The notes beneath the pieces are model-generated. The model was not told the DNA's origin and ran no database searches. It was given only the letters and a program-made list of their open reading frames with translations. Position numbers and translations under genes: made by a program. 64,000 bases of DNA, from assembly GCA_963749595.1 (NCBI GenBank), contig CAVVNJ010000010.1, positions 65,223-129,222 on the forward strand, given 5' to 3'. This DNA comes from Candidatus Woesebacteria bacterium. GTDB lineage: Bacteria; Patescibacteriota; Microgenomatia; UBA1400; UBA1396. Position 1 is the stretch's first letter, and each line of letters starts with the position of its first letter. Below are positions 26,559-35,626 of this stretch, piece by piece.

Positions 26559-26815
26559 CTTTGCACTATACCGATCGCTTTCGGAAAAGGTTGGCCAAGC
26601 GAGTGAATAAGAGTCTGGATTTAAAAGAGAAAGTTGAGCGGCAGTTGGGGTTATTGCAGGCTGATGCTCGTCACCCAGCTCTGAAAATGCATAAACTAAA
26701 AGGGGCGCGATCAGAGCAGTTCGCAATCCGCATTGAGGGTGATTTGCGGATCACTTTCGTCAGGGTCGATGACGGGTTTCTGTTAGTTGATATCATTACC
26801 CACGATGAGTATTAG
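26555..26815 (+). CDS. RelE/ParE superfamily (YafQ-like) toxin
   Basis: RHPALKMHKLKGARSEQFAIRIEGDLRITFVRVDDGFLLVDIITHDEY. Confidence 0.8.
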   Translation: MTLHYTDRFRKRLAKRVNKSLDLKEKVERQLGLLQADARHPALKMHKLKGARSEQFAIRIEGDLRITFVRVDDGFLLVDIITHDEY

Positions 26816-26906
26816 TCAAATAATAGTCGATTATTAGCCGCTATTTCACGAAATAGTTCACGAGTTTGAGAACAGATGCTTTCTTTTGGCTAATTCCAGC
26901 TAGTCA

Positions 26907-26934
26907 CAACTTGTACAAGATGTTGTACAAGTTG
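26907..26934. promoter_or_regulatory. Perfect 12-nt inverted repeat containing two TGTACA cores (possible operator)
   Basis: caacttgtacaa-gatg-ttgtacaagttg. It lies in the 340-nt region upstream of 27160. Related TGTACA pairs occur at 21808-21821 and 35571-35588. Confidence 0.4.
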
Positions 26935-27159
26935 GACCAAGCAGAAAATCCGGAAATTAACCCCTATCTCCCCACGTCCCTGCTCCCGAAGCTATTCCGA
27001 AATAATGCTAGTTGGTTCGCTCCTTTACACCCTGTGGACAAGTTATGCTACAATATGGGCTTAAGATGGATTGGACCTGCACATTTTTGCAGTCTGTATC
27101 AGTTGGAAGACCGATTGGTTCTTCCGTGTTCCCACTATTAAGCTCAACTAAGGAGGCCC

Positions 27160-28449
27160 ATGCCCTGGAATCCTGATCGTGAATCACGAGAAATGTCGTC
27201 GCGGGAATTGCAAGATTCTTTGGCCGATCGAATTGCCCCTGGAACAAGGTTGAGAAAGTTTGCCCGCAAGGCGGTGCCTTTTGGTTTGGCTGGTCTGGCC
27301 GCCGTCAGTGGTCTGCGTGGTGGCGAGATGGCCAAGCAATTTGGTCTGGATGCCCGTCCGGCCTTGGCCCAGGAAAATGAGCAGGAATCGGAAAAGCACT
27401 TATTTCAGGCTACTGTGACGGTTGATGGTCTGCCGGTGTACGACAGTTCCCGGGAAGAGGCGCGGAAAATTAATGAGTTGCCGATGGGAACTTCGCTTTT
27501 TGTGGTTGGCGGCGAAGCAGACGAGAATGGTTTTATTCGTTACGTGGATGAGAATGACACGTCCCAGACCTTGGGCTTCTTGCCCTATCAGGGAATCGAG
27601 GTTGGTTTGGCGGTTATTCCTGGCGCTCCGGTTCCAGAGCGAGTGGCTTCGGCGGAACAAAATAAGTTATACCGCGCAACGGCAACGGCGGCGGTGCGCG
27701 TTCGTTCCACCCCGGAAATTATCGACGGCAACGTAGTGGACATTATGGAAAGTGGTGAAGAGGTGTTGGTGCAAGGTACTGGCTCGCAAGAGTGGAGTCA
27801 GGTCTTTAGGGAAGATGGAACGCCGTGGGGTTGGTCAGCGTCGAGGTATTTGAGTGTTGATTTGGATGAGCCGGTGGATGTGGGTTTGGATGAGGAGGAG
27901 CCGACGGGTGAATTGGCGAATGTAGTGACGAGCGTGGTGACGCAGCCGGGAATGGGAGCGGGTGAGAATGAAGATGCGAAGCCGATTTTGAAAGATGAGA
28001 GTGAGGAAGAGGAGCCGGTGCCGACTGGTGGAAGATATACCCCCGCTTTAAGTGCGGATCAGCTGAGATTTGTAACGCAAACGCTGGAAGTAAATAGTGA
28101 CGCAAAGGATTGGGCGGGACACACAATTGAAGTGCCAAGAGATCCAGATCCAAGTAGGGAGGGTATTTTCCGAGAGGTTGGTGCTCTGGAAAAGACCCAA
28201 GTGTTTATTAAGGGTCGCGTAGTGGGTATCTTTAGTATTGAAGGAATTCTTCGCGGGGAAAAAATAATTCCTGATGAACAAGAGATTTGGTATGCAGAAG
28301 TTAAAGTTGGTGAGAAGACGATGTTCTTTGCTCTGGGCTCATTGGACTTACAAGGTTGGCTTGGAATGTCTCCGACCACACCCAAGAACGATGAGGTTAG
28401 CGTAGCCACAGGAGCGTTCAATACGACGATGGAGATTTGGACGTCGTAG
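27160..28449 (+). CDS. Secreted protein with SH3b-like domain(s)
   Basis: An aaggagg RBS is present, and the RKFARKAVPFGLAGLAAVSG signal is Tat-like. YRATATAAVRVRSTPE...EEVLVQGTGSQEWSQV is SH3b-like. Confidence 0.7.
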   Translation: MPWNPDRESREMSSRELQDSLADRIAPGTRLRKFARKAVPFGLAGLAAVSGLRGGEMAKQFGLDARPALAQENEQESEKHLFQATVTVDGLPVYDSSREEARKINELPMGTSLFVVGGEADENGFIRYVDENDTSQTLGFLPYQGIEVGLAVIPGAPVPERVASAEQNKLYRATATAAVRVRSTPEIIDGNVVDIMESGEEVLVQGTGSQEWSQVFREDGTPWGWSASRYLSVDLDEPVDVGLDEEEPTGELANVVTSVVTQPGMGAGENEDAKPILKDESEEEEPVPTGGRYTPALSADQLRFVTQTLEVNSDAKDWAGHTIEVPRDPDPSREGIFREVGALEKTQVFIKGRVVGIFSIEGILRGEKIIPDEQEIWYAEVKVGEKTMFFALGSLDLQGWLGMSPTTPKNDEVSVATGAFNTTMEIWTS

Positions 28450-28742
28450 TTAAATTCTTCCAGAAGAATAAAAATGTACCAATTGTGGTGGTATTTAAGG
28501 ACGATGTTGCGAGTGATTTTGCAACCTTACCTGCAGGATGGCAGAATGATCCTCGCATTGCTCTAAATGTTCGTCTTATCGAAGGTTCTGACTCTGGTCA
28601 AATGGTGCTCATGATTGCAGGCGTTCCCGCAGGGCAGTACTTGTTTGATGAGACTTTTCCTGACAAATTAATGATCATGTTGGGTAAGACCTTTATACCA
28701 ATCCCCGATCCTCGTTTCGTTGGAACGTCCTACGGCAACTAG
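28437..28742 (+). CDS. Hypothetical protein
   Basis: ORF only (TTG start, uncertain). Confidence 0.45.
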   Translation: MDVVVKFFQKNKNVPIVVVFKDDVASDFATLPAGWQNDPRIALNVRLIEGSDSGQMVLMIAGVPAGQYLFDETFPDKLMIMLGKTFIPIPDPRFVGTSYGN

Positions 28743-28775
28743 CCAGGCGGTCTTGTCTTTTGGTAAGATGTATTT

Positions 28776-29417
28776 GTGCGCAGAAAACCGTCGATTATTT
28801 TCTTATTCATTCTGGTTATTGGACTTGGCTTAGGCTACACATTTCTCCATTCATTTCCGAGAGTTTCGGTAAGGGGAACACAGCCGATTGCTCTACCATG
28901 GAGTGTTCGGGCTGCTGTAGATGTAAAGGATCAGAGCGGAGTAGTACTTTCACAGAAACCCGGATACTACGTTGGTCTGGGTAAGTTTCTGCGGTTATTC
29001 CGTGATAAGAGTGATTATTTGTGGCTATCGACGCTGGTGCCGTTTGGTATTCATAACTACCTGCTTGGTACTGGCGATAGTGTTCCATTTGCCGATGTTG
29101 AGGTTAGTAGGGGTTTAGGTGAAATAACTTATCTCATAAACGATATTAATTACTCATCCATCTCAACTAATGACCTTCAGAGCAGGTTGTCGGTGGGCGA
29201 TACTATTTTGATAGAGATTGCTTTGCCAGAGGAGTCAAATATTGGTACTTATCAGGGTTTTCAGAGTCAATGTACGGATGAAAGATGTCGCGGCTACTTC
29301 GACCTCACTCTTGATGTGGAGAGTAACCGACGAATGATTGAATCCAAAAAAATAATCAAGGAGATTATCTCTCCGGATACGAGACTGATTCTCTCTAAAG
29401 AAGAAGATGAGATTTAA
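28776..29417 (+). CDS. Hypothetical membrane-anchored protein
   Basis: GTG start 6 nt after tggtaagat. N-terminal TM segment IIFLFILVIGLGLGY. Confidence 0.55.
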   Translation: MRRKPSIIFLFILVIGLGLGYTFLHSFPRVSVRGTQPIALPWSVRAAVDVKDQSGVVLSQKPGYYVGLGKFLRLFRDKSDYLWLSTLVPFGIHNYLLGTGDSVPFADVEVSRGLGEITYLINDINYSSISTNDLQSRLSVGDTILIEIALPEESNIGTYQGFQSQCTDERCRGYFDLTLDVESNRRMIESKKIIKEIISPDTRLILSKEEDEI

Positions 29418-30354
29418 GACCTTCCTTATTAGCGCATTGGTTTTTGTATTTTTTTTAGTTGGCGGTTCTCTTAGGCCGTCGCTCGTTTGGGCGCAAAGTT
29501 GTAGTGGAACATACTCTGGCACAACATCACAGGGTGCGTGTAGTTACAATGCGTCTGCTCAGCTTTATACCTGTAGTAGTACAGACTATAGTTACAGCAC
29601 GTCATGTATCCAGATGACTTCTGGTTCTGGCGGCTGTGTGCATGAAGTTCTATCAGACAGTAATTGTTATCTAGCCGATGGTGGTCGAACTTGTATTGTT
29701 CAGGGTGGGGGTAGCGGTGGTTTCTTCACTTCCGGCTGCACCTACACCGCTGGCGGAGGTGGAGGAACTCCAACCCCCACTCCTTCCGGCGGCACCGGTG
29801 TCCCTGGGCCTTGCGGCGGCTGTAGCAGTTGCGGTGCCCCATCCGATCAGTGTCGCGTTGATGCCATCGGAAACTGTGTTTGGGACCCGGGAAGTTGTAG
29901 TGTGATTGTGGTCTGTAGCCCCACCTGCGCCCCCAAACTATGCGGCCAGAGCGATGGTTGCGGCGGTACTTGTGCCGCTACGGACGACGGCGCTCCGGCC
30001 ACGCCGGTCATTTCCGCCCCTGCCGATGGCTCGGTCGTTACTCCCAATGCCAACGGCCGGATCTCGGTTATCTGGGCTGCGGTCGCCAAAGCCGAGGGTT
30101 ACCGGATTGAACTTTACGCCTCCGCCAATCCGGACGTGGACTGGACGACCACTTCTGGTTCTCTATCGGGAGGAGATCAGTCCTCGTATGGCAAGAGTCG
30201 GGCCTTTGATAGCTCTACTACCACCGACTGGCGAAGCCGCAAAACGGGACGGCGGTTTCCGGCGCAGCTTGGATCGGTCAGGATCTGGGTCGAGACCGGG
30301 AAATTGTCGCCGGTTAAGTCAGCAAAGCACGAATGCCAACAGGCTCGCGGGTGA
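29407..30354 (+). CDS. Large secreted Cys-rich / discoidin-domain surface protein, N-terminal fragment
   Basis: Signal peptide, Cys-rich modules, a PT linker, then AFDSSTTTDW (start of an F5/8-type-C domain). The frame is lost at about 30230. Confidence 0.7.
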   Translation: MRFKTFLISALVFVFFLVGGSLRPSLVWAQSCSGTYSGTTSQGACSYNASAQLYTCSSTDYSYSTSCIQMTSGSGGCVHEVLSDSNCYLADGGRTCIVQGGGSGGFFTSGCTYTAGGGGGTPTPTPSGGTGVPGPCGGCSSCGAPSDQCRVDAIGNCVWDPGSCSVIVVCSPTCAPKLCGQSDGCGGTCAATDDGAPATPVISAPADGSVVTPNANGRISVIWAAVAKAEGYRIELYASANPDVDWTTTSGSLSGGDQSSYGKSRAFDSSTTTDWRSRKTGRRFPAQLGSVRIWVETGKLSPVKSAKHECQQARG

Positions 30355-30915
30355 CCTCTGCTCGTCCAGTACAGCGACAATGGCTCTTCCTGGACTACCC
30401 GAAACGCTTAACTTTGGTGGCGGATGGTCTTCTTAATTCTTATCCTCTAACCGGCAGTGCCGCCGCACCGTACTGGAGGTTGCTGGCCAATTCCAATACG
30501 GCAGTAGCACTCCGTTGGGCAGGTATTATGATTTCGAACTGCGGACTGCCGGCGAAGCTATTTCACCGACTGCCCTTACTCAGGCTGGAACGAGCTATTC
30601 GCTTCGGTGCCGGTGGCGCGGGATTATACGGTTCATGTCCGTTCGACAATACCACTTGCCCACCTACTGATAGCTCTCAGTGGAGTAGTTGGGTCAGTTT
30701 CTGGCGCCGCCAGTACGGTGACCGGAACGGTGTATTATGACGCCACCAATACTGCTAACTTAGTTGGCGGGGTTTGTACCGGAACCGGCTCGGCCTTGCC
30801 GACTGGCGGTGCCAGTGGTGATTTAGCCACAATCGGTGGAGCCCGTAGCGGCGGCGCCTTGGGGCCAATGCCGCCACTCGCGCTTTTGACGACAACAATG
30901 CGACCTACTGGATGA
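30231..30915 (+). pseudogene. Middle part of the same surface protein, readable only by repeated frame changes
   Basis: AKPQNGTAVSGAAWIGQDLG, VTSAR, VQYSDNGSSWTT, TLVADG...APYWRLLANSNT and ...GDLATIGGARSGGALG lie in alternating frames. The last break is in a G4 run at about 30861. Confidence 0.5.
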
Positions 30916-32357
30916 GCAGCCAGACTGGCGCCGCCGTCTTAAACGCTGCTTGGATCGGTCAGGACTTCGGAGCAGGTAACGAGACGGAGGTTACCAGCTT
31001 CTCTATCCGCCAGTACGGTAATTCGGCGGTCCGCGTGACCAGCGTCCATGTTGAGCACTCGGACAACGGAACCAACTGGACTCAGCTGCAGAATATGGCG
31101 GTAGCCAATAACGCCAATACCAACACTTATACCCTCAACAACTCGGCCAATCACCGCTACTGGCGCTTGCGGGCTGGCACTGCTACTTCGCAAGGTTGGG
31201 GCTGGGTGGTTAATGAAGTCGAGTTTTTCTCTGGCACTGGTGGCGCTGGCGGGGGCGTGGGCACTTTGTCGATTATTGGGCGGGATTACGCTCAGTATTC
31301 CGATCAGGTGACCGTAGCCGCCGACGGCAGTTACTCGGTTAATCTGCCCTATAGTGCCAGTGGCACCAATCAGGTTTCCCTGGTACTAGATACGGCGACC
31401 GATTACGTCTGTTCCTGTCCGGCGGGTTGTACCTATTCCAGTGTGAACGCTCCATTATCCGGTCTAGACTTTTACATTACCGATGCGCGTGAGGCTTGGT
31501 TCCAGGCGATCGGTGGTGGCATAGCTGCTTTAGCTAGCCAGGGTACGGTCTTGACTAATCCCATTCCGGCCGGCTGTTCTGGCAGTTGTAAGCCCTATTT
31601 GCTAACCAGGTCGGGTGCGGTGGCGGGTTCTTCTGGAGTGATGGTCACGGGCGGCGGCAGTATCGATTTATCGCGGGAGACGGGTGAGCAGACTCTCCAA
31701 TTAGACGAGGATAACGCTCGTGTGATTGGACGAGTCAGCCCGAAGATCGCTCAGGAGAATTATGCCTACTTCCAGCGGCTCTATAAGTTTCCCGCTAATC
31801 CGACCAGTGATTTTACGACCACGGGGACAGATGCGGCCAAGCCGACCGGGACGCCGGTTAATGCCGGGGTGGAGGCCTTTTATCACAACGACGACTTGAC
31901 GATACTGGATCCCTGGCAAATCGATGCCGGTGAGTCAATCGTAATTTTTGTCGCGGGCGATTTAAACATTAACAATACGATTCTGGTGGCTCAGACCGGA
32001 TTTTTGGCCTTTATTGTCCAAGGTGACATCATTATCGATTCTTCAGTAGGGCACGTGGATCCGACGGCTGGTACGGCGGGTAATAGTGTGGTGGAGGGGG
32101 TTTACGTGGCTAATGGCAAGTTGCTGCTACCTACCCGTGGTACGGCTGCCGGGGGCGACTATAAGTTTGTCGGTGAGGGAACGTTTGTTGGTTGGGGCGG
32201 AGTCGAGCTAGACCGCGATTATGCCGATACCGGTACGCGCGGCACCCTCAACACTAGTAATCCCGCTGAAGTTTTCCGCTACCGTCCCGATTTTGTGGTC
32301 CGGGCGCCCAGCCGTCTCAAGGTTCCCCGCTATACCTGGCGCGAAGTGGCTCCCTAG
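30912..32357 (+). CDS. Same surface protein, C-terminal fragment (discoidin domain + beta-rich C-terminal region)
   Basis: The upstream in-frame ANAATRAFDDNNATYW continues into AAWIGQDFG...YWRLRAG...VNEVEFF. The frame is open from 30849. Confidence 0.75.
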   Translation: MSSQTGAAVLNAAWIGQDFGAGNETEVTSFSIRQYGNSAVRVTSVHVEHSDNGTNWTQLQNMAVANNANTNTYTLNNSANHRYWRLRAGTATSQGWGWVVNEVEFFSGTGGAGGGVGTLSIIGRDYAQYSDQVTVAADGSYSVNLPYSASGTNQVSLVLDTATDYVCSCPAGCTYSSVNAPLSGLDFYITDAREAWFQAIGGGIAALASQGTVLTNPIPAGCSGSCKPYLLTRSGAVAGSSGVMVTGGGSIDLSRETGEQTLQLDEDNARVIGRVSPKIAQENYAYFQRLYKFPANPTSDFTTTGTDAAKPTGTPVNAGVEAFYHNDDLTILDPWQIDAGESIVIFVAGDLNINNTILVAQTGFLAFIVQGDIIIDSSVGHVDPTAGTAGNSVVEGVYVANGKLLLPTRGTAAGGDYKFVGEGTFVGWGGVELDRDYADTGTRGTLNTSNPAEVFRYRPDFVVRAPSRLKVPRYTWREVAP

Positions 32358-32381
32358 TTTTTCTGAAAAAGTGCCAACCCT

Positions 32382-32790
32382 TGGAGATATATATCTCCCC
32401 GCCAACTTGCGCCCTAGGTGGGTTGGTAATGGCACCGAAAAGATCAGTTGGGAGGAACATTCGGGGACCGTTTACGTCCAGAATGGTTATTTGGGGACTT
32501 TTTCTGAGCCATCTCAGTGCCGATTTAAAACTAGGGACTCTTTGGGGACTGTTTGAGTCCAAGGAATTATGTCGAGTAAGGTTGTATCCCTGATTGTCGA
32601 GTTGGTCCACATAAGGCACGAGGAAAGTCCCCGATTTAAAGTCGGCACTCTAAAGGCACCGATAAAGTCCTTATTCGACCAACCAGGACCAAACCAGGAC
32701 CAATGGAGGAACATTAAGGGAACATCTCAGGATCATTTACGAACTATTTCGGGCGCAAATCGCTGGGAGGATATAGATGTCCGAACTCGT
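32382..32790. repeat. Copy B of the long inverted-repeat intergenic element (MITE-like)
   Basis: The left end is ggagatatatatctccccgccaacttgcgccc. The reverse complement of the right end is cacgagttcggacatctatatcctcccagcgatttgcgccc, nearly identical to the left end of copy C. Confidence 0.65.
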
Positions 32791-32823
32791 GAAGATAATT
32801 GTGAAAAACCAGACAAGCCAGAG

Positions 32824-33177
32824 CTATCTTCGTTTTATGGACGTCACATCCACCACCAACGTAAATTTATTCTGGCAATCAGGTTGAGCGTTGGGCGAAC
32901 ACAACGGCTGGCCGTAAAAAAAACGCGGCTTGGCTTCCGCGCGAATCTTCTGCTCGCAAAACTCCGCTAAATCGACTGGCGCCGAGGCAATCGCCGTGGT
33001 TTGAAAGTGACCTTTTTTTTCATATTCCAAGCGATACTCATTACGGCATAATAATTTGTATTCCGCTTCCGGATCGGCCAAATCGATCATCGATTCGGTA
33101 TTAACCATCAGAGGCTGGGTTAGTAAAAACAGCAGAACTAGAATCCCGCCCCAAATAAATAACCGTGGTACTTTCAT
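32824..33177 (-). CDS. Hypothetical secreted protein
   Basis: Signal/anchor MKVPRLFIWGGILVLLFLLTQ. Confidence 0.55.
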   Translation of the reverse strand: MKVPRLFIWGGILVLLFLLTQPLMVNTESMIDLADPEAEYKLLCRNEYRLEYEKKGHFQTTAIASAPVDLAEFCEQKIRAEAKPRFFYGQPLCSPNAQPDCQNKFTLVVDVTSIKRR

Positions 33178-33201
33178 GTCCTTAGTTTACAATTGACCGA
33201 A

Positions 33202-34218
33202 CTAATTCACCAACATAGTGGGCGACTGTTCCTCAAGGCTGGTGCCATTTTCGTTGGTGGCGCTAAGTTTAACTTTTACCCTGACAGAGCCTTTATCCAA
33301 GCCATAAATATCAACACTAAAAGTCTGGCCATCGCAGGTTCCGGCAGATCCGGAACTGGGGCAGTCAATTACCCAGGTGGCGCGTTTTTCCGGACCAAAA
33401 CCGATTTCTCTGGCCGCGTCGGTTCGGCCACCCATTTGAGAGACAATAATTTCCTCTGCAGAGAGACTGATTCGCAGTTTATCGTAGGCTTTGACTGTTG
33501 GTTTAATATTGATCCGAGTCTTGCCTCCGATCGTAATTTTTCGAGAGCTTAGGGTGGCTCCAACCGATACAATTTGCGGCGCTGGTCGCAGGTCCGGACG
33601 AACGGTGCAGCAGAAGCCAGCAGCACCGGAAAGTAGACAACGATTATCTCCAGCAGCTAGGTCTCGGCCAACATCGCCGCAATTATTAATACCGGTAAAA
33701 CAGTCGCCGCCGGCAGAGCAAGTGTCTTCAGTTGGGGTAGTGGGTTGAGGTGTAGTCTGACCGCCTGTTCCACCCGAGACACACCGAAGGTCTGGACCGG
33801 AGAGAGAAGAACAGCGTCGTCGGTCAGCTGCACCGCCATAAACCTTGACCAGATAGAGACACTCGCTGTCGGGACATTCTGCGCCGACATAGGGAAAAGA
33901 TATGTCCACATCATGATATTTTTGCTGCAAAAGATTATAAGCATTTTCTCTGGAAACATCTACAAAACCGGTTGACTGGCATTGATACCAGTGATAGTTA
34001 GCCCCGCAACCTGCGGCATTCAGAGGAAAATCACCAATCTGGCCATAAAGAGTTCCACTACAGCCACCGCAGCTGGCTTCACTTTGCAAATTTTGTCGTT
34101 GTTGTAAGCCAGATAATGCTACGGCTCCGCCAACAGCGACCAGGGCCAAAACTAGTATGTTTCCGAGCACGCGGCGGGGAATTTGTTGACCCAGAAAGAA
34201 AACCGAGTTTTTGGCCAT
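33202..34218 (-). CDS. Hypothetical secreted Cys-rich protein
   Basis: N-terminal TM segment followed by multiple Cys pairs. 338 aa. Confidence 0.65.
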   Translation of the reverse strand: MAKNSVFFLGQQIPRRVLGNILVLALVAVGGAVALSGLQQRQNLQSEASCGGCSGTLYGQIGDFPLNAAGCGANYHWYQCQSTGFVDVSRENAYNLLQQKYHDVDISFPYVGAECPDSECLYLVKVYGGAADRRRCSSLSGPDLRCVSGGTGGQTTPQPTTPTEDTCSAGGDCFTGINNCGDVGRDLAAGDNRCLLSGAAGFCCTVRPDLRPAPQIVSVGATLSSRKITIGGKTRINIKPTVKAYDKLRISLSAEEIIVSQMGGRTDAAREIGFGPEKRATWVIDCPSSGSAGTCDGQTFSVDIYGLDKGSVRVKVKLSATNENGTSLEEQSPTMLVN

Positions 34219-34227
34219 AGTTCTATC

Positions 34228-35562
34228 CTAATCCCGCGCGGCGCGGCGAGCAACGGACAAAATATTCGCCGCGCCGCGCAAATAATGGCTTGGCAGCGAG
34301 AGCACCTTACTCATGGCAGCGGCCAGCCAGGATTGACCGTCGGATTCGATTAGCAACTGCAACTGGGCGGCAATATTCTTTGTGTCGGCCATGCGCGCCA
34401 AACCAAGGTGGAGGAAAGTTTGTTGAATGTTTTTTTCCCATTCGCCCCATGGCTCCAACAGCAACAATGGACAACCGGCAGCGATAGCGTCATAGGCCAT
34501 GTCGCCGGACGGCTTGGTTACGACCAAATCGGCCCACGGAAAACCGTACTGAATCAATAATTGGTTGGCGGTTACAACATCGTCGGCGTAGAGCAACCGG
34601 AGTTTGGCTTGTTCATCATTCATCGCGCCGATTTTAACTCGATTAGTCTTGGCGATCCGTTTGACCATCTCGGCATGGTCGGCGTTAGTGCTGGCGTAAT
34701 AGATAATTTGACCGGGACAGGACGAGCTTTTACAAAGCGGCAATAGCTGACGCAAAATAGCGGCTAGTTCTTCCTTGTTGGTTCCGAGGCCGCCGGTCGT
34801 CAAGAGAATTCGCAGTGGTCGGTGGTGCCAACCGGTCAGGGTTTTGTTGGTGCGCGCAGCCACGATGCGCGGATCGACCGGCGGCCCCGTCACCACCACC
34901 CGGTCCGGATCGACTTTTTTATTCATTGACTCAGCTAATTCCAGAAAATCAAACCGGGTCTTTTCGTCAAAAACACAGTAGTGCATGGTTTTTAGTTCGG
35001 CGTGCTGCAGATATTCCGGCCGGACAAAGGGGTCAGTGACGATCTGGACGATAGTTTTGCCGGTGTTGGCCAAAATATTGCCCGCCTGGTCATGAACGCT
35101 AATGATGGGCCGTTTGGTATCTTCGCAAAGATATAAGAGTGGTCCGGTGATAGCGGCGGTAATCGGCAATTTTCGCCGGCCATACTTGTCGATGATGTTT
35201 TTCTTCAACCAGGCGAATAGATCATTGCGAGCCATTAAACGGCCCAGGCTTTCGGATACGGCAATCCGCCGCCAATCCTCCTTGGCCACATAATTGGTCG
35301 GATCGACCAGCCAAGCTTTTTCCCGATTAACTAAATCTTTTCCCCAAGCGGCCACGGCAATGGCCAGCGCCATCGAGTAGTGCGCCCGGGAGAAAACGAC
35401 GTCAGGTTGATTTAGCTCGTCAACGACGGTGTGTTGCAGCTCAACGATATCGCGGAAGCTGGCGGAGACGGTGACGATCGGAAATTGCGTTCGGGAAAGG
35501 ATAAATTGGTCTTCTTCCAAAATGCGCGCTAGGGCATCGTCGAGAAGGCTTTTGGCAGGCAT
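34228..35562 (-). CDS. GT-B glycosyltransferase (MGDG synthase/UgtP-like, GT28-type)
   Basis: LLTTGGLGTN and ADLVVTKPSGDMAYDAIAAGCPLLLLEPWGEWEKN resemble the UgtP/MurG C-terminal motif. Confidence 0.6.
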   Translation of the reverse strand: MPAKSLLDDALARILEEDQFILSRTQFPIVTVSASFRDIVELQHTVVDELNQPDVVFSRAHYSMALAIAVAAWGKDLVNREKAWLVDPTNYVAKEDWRRIAVSESLGRLMARNDLFAWLKKNIIDKYGRRKLPITAAITGPLLYLCEDTKRPIISVHDQAGNILANTGKTIVQIVTDPFVRPEYLQHAELKTMHYCVFDEKTRFDFLELAESMNKKVDPDRVVVTGPPVDPRIVAARTNKTLTGWHHRPLRILLTTGGLGTNKEELAAILRQLLPLCKSSSCPGQIIYYASTNADHAEMVKRIAKTNRVKIGAMNDEQAKLRLLYADDVVTANQLLIQYGFPWADLVVTKPSGDMAYDAIAAGCPLLLLEPWGEWEKNIQQTFLHLGLARMADTKNIAAQLQLLIESDGQSWLAAAMSKVLSLPSHYLRGAANILSVARRAARD

Positions 35563-35626
35563 GGGTTCATTGTACAGATATTGTCACAAGAAACTATGGT
35601 ATTGATATCATTTTCAATGATAAGGA

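Noticed and set aside
26866-27141. 91-aa ORF covering the TGTACA inverted repeat.
   Set aside because: There is no promoter or RBS context at its start. It contains a consensus TGcTACAAT box (27046-27054) that more plausibly drives the 27160 gene, so it is treated as 5' regulatory DNA.
29407-32357. Diversity-generating retroelement (template/variable repeat) as an explanation for the repeated discoidin sequences.
   Set aside because: The repeats are diverged domain paralogues rather than near-identical TR/VR pairs with A-specific changes, and no reverse transcriptase is present in the window.
32619-32629. gaggaaagtcc, which resembles the universally conserved RNase P RNA CR-I sequence.
   Set aside because: No other RNase P RNA conserved regions or helices were found nearby. 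It lies inside repeat element B and is better explained by the element's GGGAC/GTCC-rich words.
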